IMG/VR virus record: IMGVR_UViG_3300028887_000100
Span: 17,872 to 81,871 of that record
Length of the DNA: 64,000 nt
Reading direction: 5' to 3' (one strand)
From: a virus
Lineage: Duplodnaviria; Caudoviricetes
The notes beneath the pieces are model-generated. The model did not search any database, was not told the DNA's origin, and saw nothing but the letters and a program-made list of their open reading frames with translations. The stretch's first letter is position 1. Each line of letters opens with the position of its first letter. The position numbers and the translations under genes were made by a program. Of the stretch, positions 48,636-58,483 are shown piece by piece.

Positions 48636-49390
48636 TATTTATCTCCTCTTCTTGACGGTGTACGTCTTTCAGAACGTGCGGAACTACGTCTTGTGGGCTT
48701 CTCATCTTCTTCCTCATCATCTTCCGCATCTTCTTCCTCATCGCGCTTACTTGAACGTTTGCGCGTAGTTGTCTCTTCTCTGCTTGAACGTCTGCGCGGT
48801 CTCTCTTCTTCCTCATCGTCATCGGGCGGAAACTCTTTTTCTTCAAGATAATACTCCATGTCATCAGCTGACTTATCAAGAACAAGACCTCCAAGAAGCT
48901 TCGGCATATCGTCCTCAAAATCTTCAAGCTGTGTATCATCTTTCTCGACCTCGTAAATCTCATAGGTCGTGTTTGTGTCTTTGGGCTTTCCGTTTCTCTC
49001 GACTTCAAAGATATGCTGTACAAGATTATCCTTGTTCGCGTATCTGCTACACAAACTGGACATCTTTTCAAACATCTTCTTGCCTCTGTCCCAAACCTGT
49101 ACTTGGTCCTCATCTACATTGTAGACAGGAATTAAAAGCTTGACCTGTGTTTTCATCTGTTCACGACAGAACGGACACATATCAACCGGGTCTCTGTAAG
49201 TACGTAAACAGTTTACGTACCTCTTCTTATCACCAATATCTACTTCATGAACGCTGAAGCCCTCAATATCGTCCTCGTTGTTATAAAGAAATCTGACTCT
49301 CTTTACGCCTTTGTGTTCTGAAATACTGAAGAAGCCTCCGCCTCCCTGTCCGCCATAATTTGCGGACTCACTCGCATTAAATCGTGCCAT
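48635..49390 (-). CDS. Single-stranded DNA-binding protein (gp32-like)
   Basis: OB-like core, CPFC, acidic and Arg-rich tail; directly upstream of polA. Confidence 0.7.
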   Translation of the reverse strand: MARFNASESANYGGQGGGGFFSISEHKGVKRVRFLYNNEDDIEGFSVHEVDIGDKKRYVNCLRTYRDPVDMCPFCREQMKTQVKLLIPVYNVDEDQVQVWDRGKKMFEKMSSLCSRYANKDNLVQHIFEVERNGKPKDTNTTYEIYEVEKDDTQLEDFEDDMPKLLGGLVLDKSADDMEYYLEEKEFPPDDDEEEERPRRRSSREETTTRKRSSKRDEEEDAEDDEEEDEKPTRRSSARSERRTPSRRGDK

Positions 49391-49428
49391 AAGTTTTCTC
49401 CTCTCATGATGCTTTTGAATTTTATATC

Positions 49429-50145
49429 TTACGCCTGGGAAAGTGCTTTAATCACACTTTCCAGCGTATTGATATCTACTTTACTGAAGTATTCAAACTT
49501 CTCTTTTGAATCAACTACTTTGAAACCTGCGGTCTCTACAATGGTCTTGACTGCTTCGCCATTGAAGTAGACTGTAAACAGCTTTGCACCGATGTAAACA
49601 ACAGCTATCTTAGCTACCGGGTCGATAATCAGCAAATCATCGCTTCTACCTTTTATCTTGAAGTCAAAACCAGACTTCTTGATTATCTCAATCGCTACCT
49701 CTTTGCTCGGCTTTTCGCTGGAATCAACTTTCTTGCTTTTCTGCTTCTTTTCTTTAACAATCTCAACCTTATCAGCATCGATTGACGGACACTCAATTCC
49801 AAGCTCTTTCTTCTGCTCCATGACTTCTGCCACATACTCATCATCAGGAATATCATCAGGATTCGTAATTTCTTTCTTTGCTTTCTGCTTCTTCTCAGCT
49901 TTCCTCTTGTCCTGAATCTTCTTGACTTCCTTATCAACGTCTGCAAGCTTCTCAGCTCCGGGCATAGGAACAAGCTTTGACTCATCGACCTTCATCTCAT
50001 CTGCCTGCTTCTTCTCAGCTTCAAGAATCTTTGCTACTGCTTTTGACTTTGCGCCTTTCTTATCAATCTTGATACCAAGCTTGTTAGCAACCTCAACTAA
50101 GCAACCCATTGTCATCGAATAAAGCTTTTCTTCACGTGTCATCAT
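49429..50145 (-). CDS. Hypothetical K/E-rich protein
   Basis: First gene after the promoter at 50216-50244. Confidence 0.6.
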   Translation of the reverse strand: MMTREEKLYSMTMGCLVEVANKLGIKIDKKGAKSKAVAKILEAEKKQADEMKVDESKLVPMPGAEKLADVDKEVKKIQDKRKAEKKQKAKKEITNPDDIPDDEYVAEVMEQKKELGIECPSIDADKVEIVKEKKQKSKKVDSSEKPSKEVAIEIIKKSGFDFKIKGRSDDLLIIDPVAKIAVVYIGAKLFTVYFNGEAVKTIVETAGFKVVDSKEKFEYFSKVDINTLESVIKALSQA

Positions 50146-50215
50146 AACCGTTTCCTCCTTGTGATGTCTTTGATTTTTGTGATTTTGTCAGCGTATCTCT
50201 CTCACTGACAAGAAC

Positions 50216-50244
50216 ATTATACTACACGTTTTTGTGTTTGTCAA
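50216..50244 (-). promoter_or_regulatory. Consensus sigma-A promoter
   Basis: TTGACA-17-TATAAT with AAACGTGT. Confidence 0.85.
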
Positions 50245-50312
50245 CACTTTTTTTTAAATTTTTCTGAATTTTTTTTTCAGAGCATCATGCGGACTTGCGC
50301 CCGCTTGATATT

Positions 50313-50720
50313 TCAAGCACAAAGCTCGATTGTCTCATATGTCTTGTATGACTTTGTACTGTAAATCTCTACTGACTTCGGATAGTAACAAGACCAAAGC
50401 TCTTTCTCATTGATAATGAATGTTACGCTCTGCATACATACATATTTTCGCTGTATATACTCAGTAATAACGCTGTCAAGCTTCTCTTTCTTCTCATAGT
50501 CTGTATAGTGTGTGCAAGACTCTTTAAGCTCTTTGGCAAGCTTCTTCATGTCTTTAATTAAACCACTTAAAGGCTTCAGTGCAAAACGCTTCTTGTTAAG
50601 TGTCTTAACGAACTCTTCCTTGCTCAACTCTGTTGCCATGTACATCGGCTCAATTATGTTGTTATAATCATCGATGCTAACCTCATAACCAGCAATCTGC
50701 TCAAATTCAAACTTCATCAT
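50313..50720 (-). CDS. Hypothetical early protein
   Basis: Has its own promoter (50774-50802) and RBS. Confidence 0.65.
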   Translation of the reverse strand: MMKFEFEQIAGYEVSIDDYNNIIEPMYMATELSKEEFVKTLNKKRFALKPLSGLIKDMKKLAKELKESCTHYTDYEKKEKLDSVITEYIQRKYVCMQSVTFIINEKELWSCYYPKSVEIYSTKSYKTYETIELCA

Positions 50721-50773
50721 ATCTTGTGCCCTCCTTCAAGTCTTTCAAGTGTCTCATCTCATCTGACAATAAC

Positions 50774-50802
50774 ATTATATAACACGTTTTTCTATCTGTC
50801 AA
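50774..50802 (-). promoter_or_regulatory. Consensus sigma-A promoter
   Basis: TTGACA-17-TATAAT with AAACGTGT. Confidence 0.85.
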
Positions 50803-50859
50803 GCACTTTTTTGAATTTTTTTTTCAAGAATGAGCAAGCGGGCATAAGCCCGCTTTGAT

Positions 50860-51387
50860 TTATCTGTTGCACCAGCGATTAGCTTTCTCAGCAACTTCCT
50901 GCATCTCATCATCGTTAAGCGGAATCAGCTTTGCTACTGTCTGACAGTGAATGTCAACTCTGCCAACCTTGAAAAGCTGAACATACGCAAACTTTGACTC
51001 ATCACTGAACTGACAAAGACCAACGATATCTTCTGTCTGCACGATGGGAAGATTAGCACTGTTTGCAAGCTCCATCAAGTCGCTGTACCCGAATGAACCA
51101 GAAAGACAGCAACCCCAACTCGTAATCTCCCAATCTGAAGAACCATCAGCATTAATTGTCTGACCGATACTGCATGTCACATCGATGCTACCACGTGATG
51201 TCTGCTTGTTGACTTTGATGATGTCGCGCCAGCTCTTATATGTGTCATACTCTTGCTTCTTATCAAGGTCAATCTTGACTGTCTTTATCTTTCCGCTATT
51301 GAATGTGTAAGCATAACCCTGTCTGCCACCAATAAAGTTTTTGTTAATCTGAATGTCATTTGCTCTCATAAGCGTTTCTCCTCTCAA
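50860..51387 (-). CDS. Hypothetical early protein
   Basis: Has its own promoter (51429-51457); hairpin aagcgggc/gcccgctt at 50836-50855 downstream. Confidence 0.65.
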   Translation of the reverse strand: MRGETLMRANDIQINKNFIGGRQGYAYTFNSGKIKTVKIDLDKKQEYDTYKSWRDIIKVNKQTSRGSIDVTCSIGQTINADGSSDWEITSWGCCLSGSFGYSDLMELANSANLPIVQTEDIVGLCQFSDESKFAYVQLFKVGRVDIHCQTVAKLIPLNDDEMQEVAEKANRWCNR

Positions 51388-51428
51388 GTCTTGTGATTTT
51401 TTCGACTGTCATCTCAACTGACAAGAAC

Positions 51429-51457
51429 ATTATATAACACGTTTTTAAATTTGTCAA
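51429..51457 (-). promoter_or_regulatory. Consensus sigma-A promoter
   Basis: TTGACA-17-TATAAT with AAACGTGT. Confidence 0.85.
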
Positions 51458-51475
51458 CTACTTTTTTAAAAATTT

Positions 51476-52432
51476 TTAAAATTTTTTCTTGAGACCTAAA
51501 AAGTAGTCTCTTGACATAGCTCCAATATCTTTAAAAGTCTTGATATTCCAACGATATTCAGTGATTATCTTGTTATCTATCTCTTCTCGTATTCGTTCTC
51601 TCGCCTTTAGTCCTGCTTTGTCCATATCTGTAGCAAGTATTAGCTCTCTGCATGGAAGTTCTCTCAGCTGTCTAAACTGTAAATCATTACCTAATCCATT
51701 AAGTGCTACAGCATATTTGCCAAACACCCAACACTTCAGCGCATCAAACATACCTTCACAGACTATAACCTCTTTTGGAAACTCAACTAACTGCTGATAT
51801 AGCTCAAATATACCATAAAGCGGTTTCTCTACTCCTTCGGGATAGTGATATCTCTTTGTCTTAACAGCTCTCGTAGCAACAAAAAGGGTGTTGCCAGAAA
51901 TATCACGGACAGGGAAAGTAATACAATCACTGCTTTTATCGTAGCCAATATCAAAAGTCTCAATAATCTCATCGTCCAGACCACGCTCATACATATAAGG
52001 GTGAGTATAGCGATACTTGTCCAATACATCTTCAGACACATACTCCTTTCTTTTGTGCTTTTTACTTCTTGACATATCAAGCGGTATATCATTTCTGCTT
52101 TCTGTCTCAAGATGTGAAAAGTTCTTGAGCAACCACTTGTTTCCAAACTTGCCTAATATGTCATCATCTTTACCAAAACAGAATGAAATCACTTCCGGCA
52201 AGCTGTGAATCTCGCCACATGCGAAACAATGAAACTTTCCATCATCTTTTCTCAGTCCTGCGGAAGGCTTCTTCTCTTGCCCTCCGCTATGATATGGACA
52301 TTGAACCATAATATGCGTCTGTAGATTGTTACGCTTTTGTAAAAGCTGTATTCCATTAGCTTGTAGCTGAATAGCCAGCTCATCAAGAATATCTGACAGC
52401 TCGACATTGTAATAGGTCTCGCCTATCTTCAT
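51476..52432 (-). CDS. DnaG-type primase
   Basis: CPYH...FHCFACG zinc finger; CEGMFDA and ATDMD..G TOPRIM motifs. Confidence 0.92.
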   Translation of the reverse strand: MKIGETYYNVELSDILDELAIQLQANGIQLLQKRNNLQTHIMVQCPYHSGGQEKKPSAGLRKDDGKFHCFACGEIHSLPEVISFCFGKDDDILGKFGNKWLLKNFSHLETESRNDIPLDMSRSKKHKRKEYVSEDVLDKYRYTHPYMYERGLDDEIIETFDIGYDKSSDCITFPVRDISGNTLFVATRAVKTKRYHYPEGVEKPLYGIFELYQQLVEFPKEVIVCEGMFDALKCWVFGKYAVALNGLGNDLQFRQLRELPCRELILATDMDKAGLKARERIREEIDNKIITEYRWNIKTFKDIGAMSRDYFLGLKKKF

Positions 52433-53733
52433 CAGAATACGTCCTCCTTAGCATCTGACTTTTTAGTATTGCGCTTTCTTTCTTCACGCGGTTTATTGTC
52501 ACGCGCTACAGCATCATCAACAGTAGGTAAGTATGTGAATGTTCCAGTATCAATATCCCAATTATAAGCTACTTCACCACCAACTGTACCATATCGATTC
52601 TTCTTGACTCCAATCTTCAGCACGTTGTCTTTTGTCTGTCTGATTGACAGAACTTTTGTAGCATTCATGGCTATGCCATCGCTGTCTCTGATGCTCTCAA
52701 GCTCAGGTACCCCCTCTTTGTCAGCATCTATAACTCCATTTCTGTTCGCCTGAACAACTACCATGACTGGAATCTCAAGTTCTACACTCAGCGCGATTAA
52801 ATCCTCACTTATGTTTGTAAGCATCGTGGTTTTTGAATCTCCACGCTTATATCGCTCATCTGAAAGATACGTGATGCCATCAATCGCGATACAATCAAGC
52901 TTGTACTTCTTAACCCAATTCTTTAGCTTGGTCACTGTTATCTGTCGTTGAAAATCTGCTGGCGTAGCCACTATGAATTTATTATCACGCTCTGCGACTT
53001 CCTCAGTATATGCTTTATAGTCTGCATCATCAACACCATCTTTTGACCACATCAAGCCTGTATTTGAATAATTCTTATACAGCGTATCAAAACGATAACC
53101 TACACTGCTTGCTGACATCTCTGGTGATACATACCCAACATTGTAACCAATCTCCCATATGTGCGTACATATCTTTTCAAGCACAAAGCTTTTACCCATG
53201 TTAGTACGCGCTACGATGACGATAAATTCCTCTTTACGCTGTATGCAATGAATCAGACCATCAAGTTCCTCAAAGCCACATGTGAAGAACCAGTCATTTT
53301 GATGTGTCTTTCTCTCTTGATACTGCCTATATCTGTTTACAGCATCCTTGATGATATCAACACCACCAACATCGTACTCAGGCTGTAAATGTCGCATCTC
53401 GCTTATAAGATACTCAGCGGCCACGTTTGAATCTGTCTTTAAAAGCTCTGCGGCCTTTGTAATGACAGGAACTGACCTGAAGTAAAGATATTCCTCTCGT
53501 ATCTTCTCGACCAAGTATCTGTCGCTCTCTGCGACTTCTACAAGCTCGACATCTGAAAATTCGTTAAGGAATGTTGCTTTATCCGGCACGTTTCCATACT
53601 TCTCATAATGCTCTAATATATATTCAATTTCCTCTTTGTATTCGGGAAAATAATCTGCTGTGATGTTATTGTCCTGCATAATGGCAAGGCTTCTTGTACT
53701 CAGCACTTTTGATATAATCTGCAAATCAACCAT
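52432..53733 (-). CDS. DnaB-like replicative helicase
   Basis: ARTNMGKS, SPEMS, IDGITY, QANR and SDGI motifs. Confidence 0.92.
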   Translation of the reverse strand: MVDLQIISKVLSTRSLAIMQDNNITADYFPEYKEEIEYILEHYEKYGNVPDKATFLNEFSDVELVEVAESDRYLVEKIREEYLYFRSVPVITKAAELLKTDSNVAAEYLISEMRHLQPEYDVGGVDIIKDAVNRYRQYQERKTHQNDWFFTCGFEELDGLIHCIQRKEEFIVIVARTNMGKSFVLEKICTHIWEIGYNVGYVSPEMSASSVGYRFDTLYKNYSNTGLMWSKDGVDDADYKAYTEEVAERDNKFIVATPADFQRQITVTKLKNWVKKYKLDCIAIDGITYLSDERYKRGDSKTTMLTNISEDLIALSVELEIPVMVVVQANRNGVIDADKEGVPELESIRDSDGIAMNATKVLSIRQTKDNVLKIGVKKNRYGTVGGEVAYNWDIDTGTFTYLPTVDDAVARDNKPREERKRNTKKSDAKEDVF

Positions 53734-54392
53734 TATCTCATGTCTCCGCCTTTCAGTGTTATTATCTCACTTGCCCCATATATTCTGCTTGTTAGTCTCT
53801 CGCCTAAAATCTTCTCAAGCTCATTTTCAGTCATTATGTTTGAAGTAAATATATTTGACTTGCCTGCCAATATTCTGTTGTTTATTGCTGTGAAAAGCTG
53901 TGTATAATCATACTGTGATATTCCTGTGATTGCTACATCGTCCCACACAACAAGCGGAACATTCTCAAGATTATCCTTATACTCTTTTGATAGTGGGCTG
54001 TTGAAGTCTTTAAGCTTTATCAGATAATCTGAAACTGAAACAAACATGCCCTGCAACCTCTCGTAGTTTCCTGCCGACTTCTTGTGAAAGTACGTATGAA
54101 GCATTCTTACAGCCCAACTTGTTTTGCCGTTTCCAGCTCTTCCACAGATATACAGATTATTTCCGTCAGCCACAAACTTTTCGATATCTGCTTTAATAGC
54201 TTTTAAACGCACGTAAGCGGGTCTATCTACGCGATTTACATCGTTGATATACATTTCTATAGGCTGACGCAATTTAACCGGTAATCCGCTGTTTTCCATC
54301 TGCCAGCGCATCTCTAAAAATGTCCGACACATAAAGCATCTATCTGTACAAACATCTTTATACCAGCACTCAGAATTTCTCTGATTTTCCAT
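53733..54392 (-). CDS. DnaC/IstB-like helicase loader ATPase
   Basis: GRAGNGKT, VWDDV, FTSN and RLTSRI motifs. Confidence 0.85.
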   Translation of the reverse strand: MENQRNSECWYKDVCTDRCFMCRTFLEMRWQMENSGLPVKLRQPIEMYINDVNRVDRPAYVRLKAIKADIEKFVADGNNLYICGRAGNGKTSWAVRMLHTYFHKKSAGNYERLQGMFVSVSDYLIKLKDFNSPLSKEYKDNLENVPLVVWDDVAITGISQYDYTQLFTAINNRILAGKSNIFTSNIMTENELEKILGERLTSRIYGASEIITLKGGDMR

Positions 54393-55194
54393 TTTTTATT
54401 TCCTCTCTAAATTGTATCTTATCTACCTTCTTGCGCTCATCATCGTAAGTGTCAAAATCTGATTTTGATTTGCTCTTGCAATCATACTTGCCTTCAAGTA
54501 TGCTGATAAACTTATCCTCACGTAGAATGAAATCAATATCAGCTTTCCAACCTCTATCATTCTTTCCTGTAAGAAAACTCGATTTCTGCGCTTTTGTAAA
54601 CACTGCTTTGATATCTTCAAGTGAATACTTCTTTATCAGCTTCTTTATAGCTTTTTCTCTTTTCTCTGTAAGCTTTACACATTTAGGTAAATCAATGCAT
54701 ATTTGGTGATATAATTCTACGAATGTAGAAATTTCAGAATCCGTTTTTTCACTCTTAGCATTAATAGATTTATCTATTAATGCCTTTTTATTTATATTCT
54801 TATTACTTTGATTATTACTTAAGTTAAATTTTTCAACATCAAGTTCTTTAATTTTTTCAGAACTTGTTTGTAAAAATGTGAATAGCTTGTTTTCATCTAT
54901 TTTGAAATATTTAGTAGCTGGGAGTCCTTTTAATTTTGTTTCAAGTATACCCACATTCTTGAGTGATTGTATTGCCTGTCGTTGTTGATACTCTGAAAGT
55001 CCTGTATTATCTTCAAGCTTTGTCGCTGTACAATAAAACATACCGTCATCTGTTAGTAGTTCTTTTTCTTCCCAATGCTCATGCTCGGAACAAAGCTCAC
55101 CAAGTATTACTGATTCAGCTAATCCAAATATTTTGATTAGAGTTTTGTTTACGCTGATATAGTTTGATGATGCTAAAATCTTTAATACTGACAT
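54370..55194 (-). CDS. Replication initiator protein (start at 55194 chosen from the RBS)
   Basis: N-terminal wHTH (GLSEYQQRQAI..L); C-terminal FLTGKNDRGWKADIDFIL. Confidence 0.8.
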   Translation of the reverse strand: MSVLKILASSNYISVNKTLIKIFGLAESVILGELCSEHEHWEEKELLTDDGMFYCTATKLEDNTGLSEYQQRQAIQSLKNVGILETKLKGLPATKYFKIDENKLFTFLQTSSEKIKELDVEKFNLSNNQSNKNINKKALIDKSINAKSEKTDSEISTFVELYHQICIDLPKCVKLTEKREKAIKKLIKKYSLEDIKAVFTKAQKSSFLTGKNDRGWKADIDFILREDKFISILEGKYDCKSKSKSDFDTYDDERKKVDKIQFREEIKNGKSEKF

Positions 55195-55387
55195 AATATT
55201 TACTCCTTTTCTAAAAAGTAAAAAGTACAAATTCTTCATCGCTCCCACACGATGCTGAATTTGTACTTTGCCGGGGTCAAGTACGCTTCTCTTGAATATG
55301 AGGTCTCATATACAGCGACAACTGTGGGAGAAGCCGTCACTTGACCTATTTGTTTAGCATATAACAGTTAATCACTGTCATAATAGT

Positions 55388-55416
55388 AGTATAACATGTT
55401 TATTTCAGATTGTCAA
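55388..55416 (-). promoter_or_regulatory. Promoter of the replication operon
   Basis: TTGACA-17-TATACT, with the variant AAACATGT in the spacer. Confidence 0.7.
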
Positions 55417-55419
55417 CAA

Positions 55420-56102
55420 CTATTTAAAAGTCCTTGAAATATCTTCAATCTGATTGTCGCACTCAGCATTTACAGTATCCCATAAAAACTGTCTTTCTTT
55501 CTCGATATCTACTCCTGTAACGTCAGGAATTGCTCTTTCCTCGTGATATTCTACTGTAAAGTAGTTATCCTTTATCTTTACGCTTGCACGACTCGTAGCC
55601 GCGATTACCGTGATTTTGGCAATGCTTTCGTAAGCTTTCTCTTTTGCTTTTGTAGTCTTTGTTGTTACTTTCTTTGTTGTCTTTACTGGCACAATGCTCA
55701 TCCTTTCTTCTGGCTTATTCTCAAGCTGACTGTGACTGATTTCTCTTTACAGCTTGACATCTCTTCAACAAACTTAGGTCCTACAAGATTGTTGTAAATA
55801 GCGTTCTCAAGCGCGTTCTCATCAACTTGCTCAACAGTCTTAATCAGCTTCATTTCCTTCAACTGCTTCTTAGTGAAAGTGTTATGAAGCAAATATAACA
55901 ACTTTTCCTCGTTCATGCTCTCTTTTACAGCTTCGACATAGTTTGCCACATAGCCGTCTGATTCGTACTTCTTGATTCCTTCTTGTAACATGATTTCTTT
56001 GATTTCTGCGTTTTCGGAGTCGCATACTTTCTTCAACTCGCCGGCTTCTGCTTTATGTTGTGCAAACTTAGGTATTAACTCATCCAACTTCTGTGTACTC
56101 AT
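55420..56102 (-). other. Two hypothetical genes (55420-55701 and 55698-56102)
   Basis: Coupled ORFs with RBS. Confidence 0.55.
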
Positions 56103-56112
56103 AATTTCCTCC

Positions 56113-56394
56113 TTATATAGGTAAACTCAAATCAATCTTTTCAATCTCTGCGCGTATCTCAAGTACATGTAAATACTTGCCCATAAGTTTTGCCTGCTTA
56201 CGTAAAAGCTCAAGACTACATGCGGGTTCAAAACCAAGCGTATTTGCTTCCATCTTTACAATAGTTGAATGCAATTTGTCATATCTGATTTTTGTCTGCT
56301 TATACTCAGCTACAAAACGTTCCCTATAATCTGTTGACAACATCAAATCAACAGTGTTTTCTAATGTCATAGTATCACTCTCCCTTTTTAACAT
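56113..56394 (-). CDS. crAss001_48-like protein
   Basis: MLSTDYRERFVAEYKQTKIRYDKL...QAKLMGKYLHVLEIRAEIE. Confidence 0.7.
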   Translation of the reverse strand: MLKRESDTMTLENTVDLMLSTDYRERFVAEYKQTKIRYDKLHSTIVKMEANTLGFEPACSLELLRKQAKLMGKYLHVLEIRAEIEKIDLSLPI

Positions 56395-56659
56395 ACTTCT
56401 GTGTTATTGCACCCATAGCTCCATTACGACCGATGGGTATTTTCTCTTTAAATTCTTTGACTTTCCAGATGTCACTGAATTTCCAGCTTCTTGTACCTCT
56501 TGCATGGTCCTGCTCAAAGTCAGGAAGAAGCTTTGACAGCTCATGGTCAGGCTCTGCCTGTTTGAATGCATACCAGTTATTAATTGTCTTAACAGATACA
56601 CCAACTGACAGCGCAAGCTCCTCAACTTTGATACGTCTTTCTTTAGTTGCCATATTCAT
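56375..56659 (-). CDS. MerR/excisionase-like HTH protein
   Basis: ELALSVGVSVKTINNWY. Confidence 0.65.
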   Translation of the reverse strand: MNMATKERRIKVEELALSVGVSVKTINNWYAFKQAEPDHELSKLLPDFEQDHARGTRSWKFSDIWKVKEFKEKIPIGRNGAMGAITQKYVKKGE

Positions 56660-56738
56660 TCCTCCTTTCTATAAACATTTACTTTAAACATAACATAACA
56701 CATTTAAAATGCGCTGTCAATCTCTTTTTTTAACTGTC

Positions 56739-58466
56739 TCACGACAGGAGGAAGTCAATGACTTCCTCTTTGTTGACTGTAAGTTTTCCATCTACTAACA
56801 TATCTGCCATCGCGCCTTTCTTGTAAACAAGCTGATGTATTCTCTCATCGATGGTGTTCTTTGCAAGCAGTGTATAGATTGTTACGTTCTCTTTTGTACC
56901 AACTCTGTGGCATCTATCTTCTGCCTGCTCTTTGTTAGCTCTGTTCCAAGGCTCATCCATGAAGATTTCTACTGTGCCAGCTGTAAGTGTTAAGCCTGTT
57001 CCCATCGCTCCTGTCGTTCCGATGATGACTTTACACTTGGGATTGTTCTGGAACTCATTCTTTGCTGTCTCTCTTGCTTCAGCATTAAGCTCGCCAGTGA
57101 TTGATACACAATAATACTTTTTCTCAAGTCTTTCACGAATTGGTGTTGTCATCTGTGTCCAGTTGCTGAAGATGACAACTTTCTTTTCATTTGCTACAGC
57201 TTCTTCAACAAGCTCTTCCATTCTGTCAAGCTTTGCGCTCTCTCTGATACTGCTTGAAAGAATGCCGGTGTAACCAGTCGCCTGTCTCATTCTGATTAAC
57301 TCAGCAAGTGGATTACTTGCTTTCTTTATCTGGTCGATGTTTGCTTGAATATCTGCTGTAACTTCTTTGTAAATCTGTAACTGCTTAGGTGTAAGCTCGA
57401 CAAACTCATCAATGTAAAGCTTTTCGGGAAGGTCAAGCACATCACTCTTTAAACGTCTTAGCATGATTTCATTAAGTCTCTCGCCAAGTTCATCAAGATT
57501 CTTGTAACCGATGATTTCATACCCTCCGTATCCACCATACTCGCAATAGTGCTTTTTGAAGCTGTAAAAGGCATGACTCTCATATCCTAACCACTTTAGT
57601 ATGATGAACAAGTCAATGGGCTGATTCATAACGGGTGTACCTGTCATCGCGATTCTTACCTTAGGCTCAAGCTTTAACAGTGCTTTACCCTGCTGACTTG
57701 TTGGGTCTTTACATTTATGTACCTCATCAACAGCAATGATACCAATCTTACCTGATTTGCAAAGCTCGCTTATCTTAGTCTGTATTGACTCATCGCGGAT
57801 GCTCTCTATATTTGTGATAATGAAGTAGCTGTCTATGTCATCGATGTTCTCTAAATCAGCCAGCTTCTCTTTGTTACCCTTTACTTTGCCGTTTCTGTTA
57901 CCAAGAATGTAACCAGTTTCGTTGCTGTGAATGCTTATCTCATTCTGCCAGTTATACTTCAGACCATTGACACAACAGATAATCAAGCATTTGCTGATTT
58001 TGTACTGAAGCTTCTTAGCTACTGCGATATCGATTACCTGCTTTGTCTTTCCAAGTCCTTGCTCATCAGCAAGCAACCATCTGTCATGATTCAGTCCGTA
58101 ATTGAAGCCATCTATCTGATGCTCAAAGGGCTTTGTCTTAAATTCAAAACCCTTAGGCATTTTGACTTCGCGCTTTGTAAGTGACACATACTCATCAGCG
58201 TTAATCTCAATCTCAAAATCTGAAGCTTTCTCAATGAACTCAGCAAGCTTGTTGAATGGAATCTCCCACTCTTTGTTCTTAGCATCCCAATGCTTCATGG
58301 GAAAGCTTCTCACTGTATCAACAAGTGACTGATTGTATGGGAAAGAAATAAACAAGCTGTTATCATCTATACCGACATTTTCTCTCTTGCGAATATCGAT
58401 TTTTACTGTCATACGTTTGCTCCTTTCAAGTGTCTTATCTCTCTCGACAAGAACATTATATAACAC
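56739..58466 (-). CDS. SNF2-family helicase with a HARP-like N-terminus (likely start MTVKID)
   Basis: ADEQGLGKT, VDEVH, MTGTP and QAEDRCHRVG motifs. Confidence 0.92.
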   Translation of the reverse strand: MLYNVLVERDKTLERSKRMTVKIDIRKRENVGIDDNSLFISFPYNQSLVDTVRSFPMKHWDAKNKEWEIPFNKLAEFIEKASDFEIEINADEYVSLTKREVKMPKGFEFKTKPFEHQIDGFNYGLNHDRWLLADEQGLGKTKQVIDIAVAKKLQYKISKCLIICCVNGLKYNWQNEISIHSNETGYILGNRNGKVKGNKEKLADLENIDDIDSYFIITNIESIRDESIQTKISELCKSGKIGIIAVDEVHKCKDPTSQQGKALLKLEPKVRIAMTGTPVMNQPIDLFIILKWLGYESHAFYSFKKHYCEYGGYGGYEIIGYKNLDELGERLNEIMLRRLKSDVLDLPEKLYIDEFVELTPKQLQIYKEVTADIQANIDQIKKASNPLAELIRMRQATGYTGILSSSIRESAKLDRMEELVEEAVANEKKVVIFSNWTQMTTPIRERLEKKYYCVSITGELNAEARETAKNEFQNNPKCKVIIGTTGAMGTGLTLTAGTVEIFMDEPWNRANKEQAEDRCHRVGTKENVTIYTLLAKNTIDERIHQLVYKKGAMADMLVDGKLTVNKEEVIDFLLS

Positions 58467-58483
58467 GTTTAAAAATCTGTCAA
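58455..58483 (-). promoter_or_regulatory. Consensus sigma-A promoter
   Basis: TTGACA-17-TATAAT with AAACGTGT. Confidence 0.85.
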
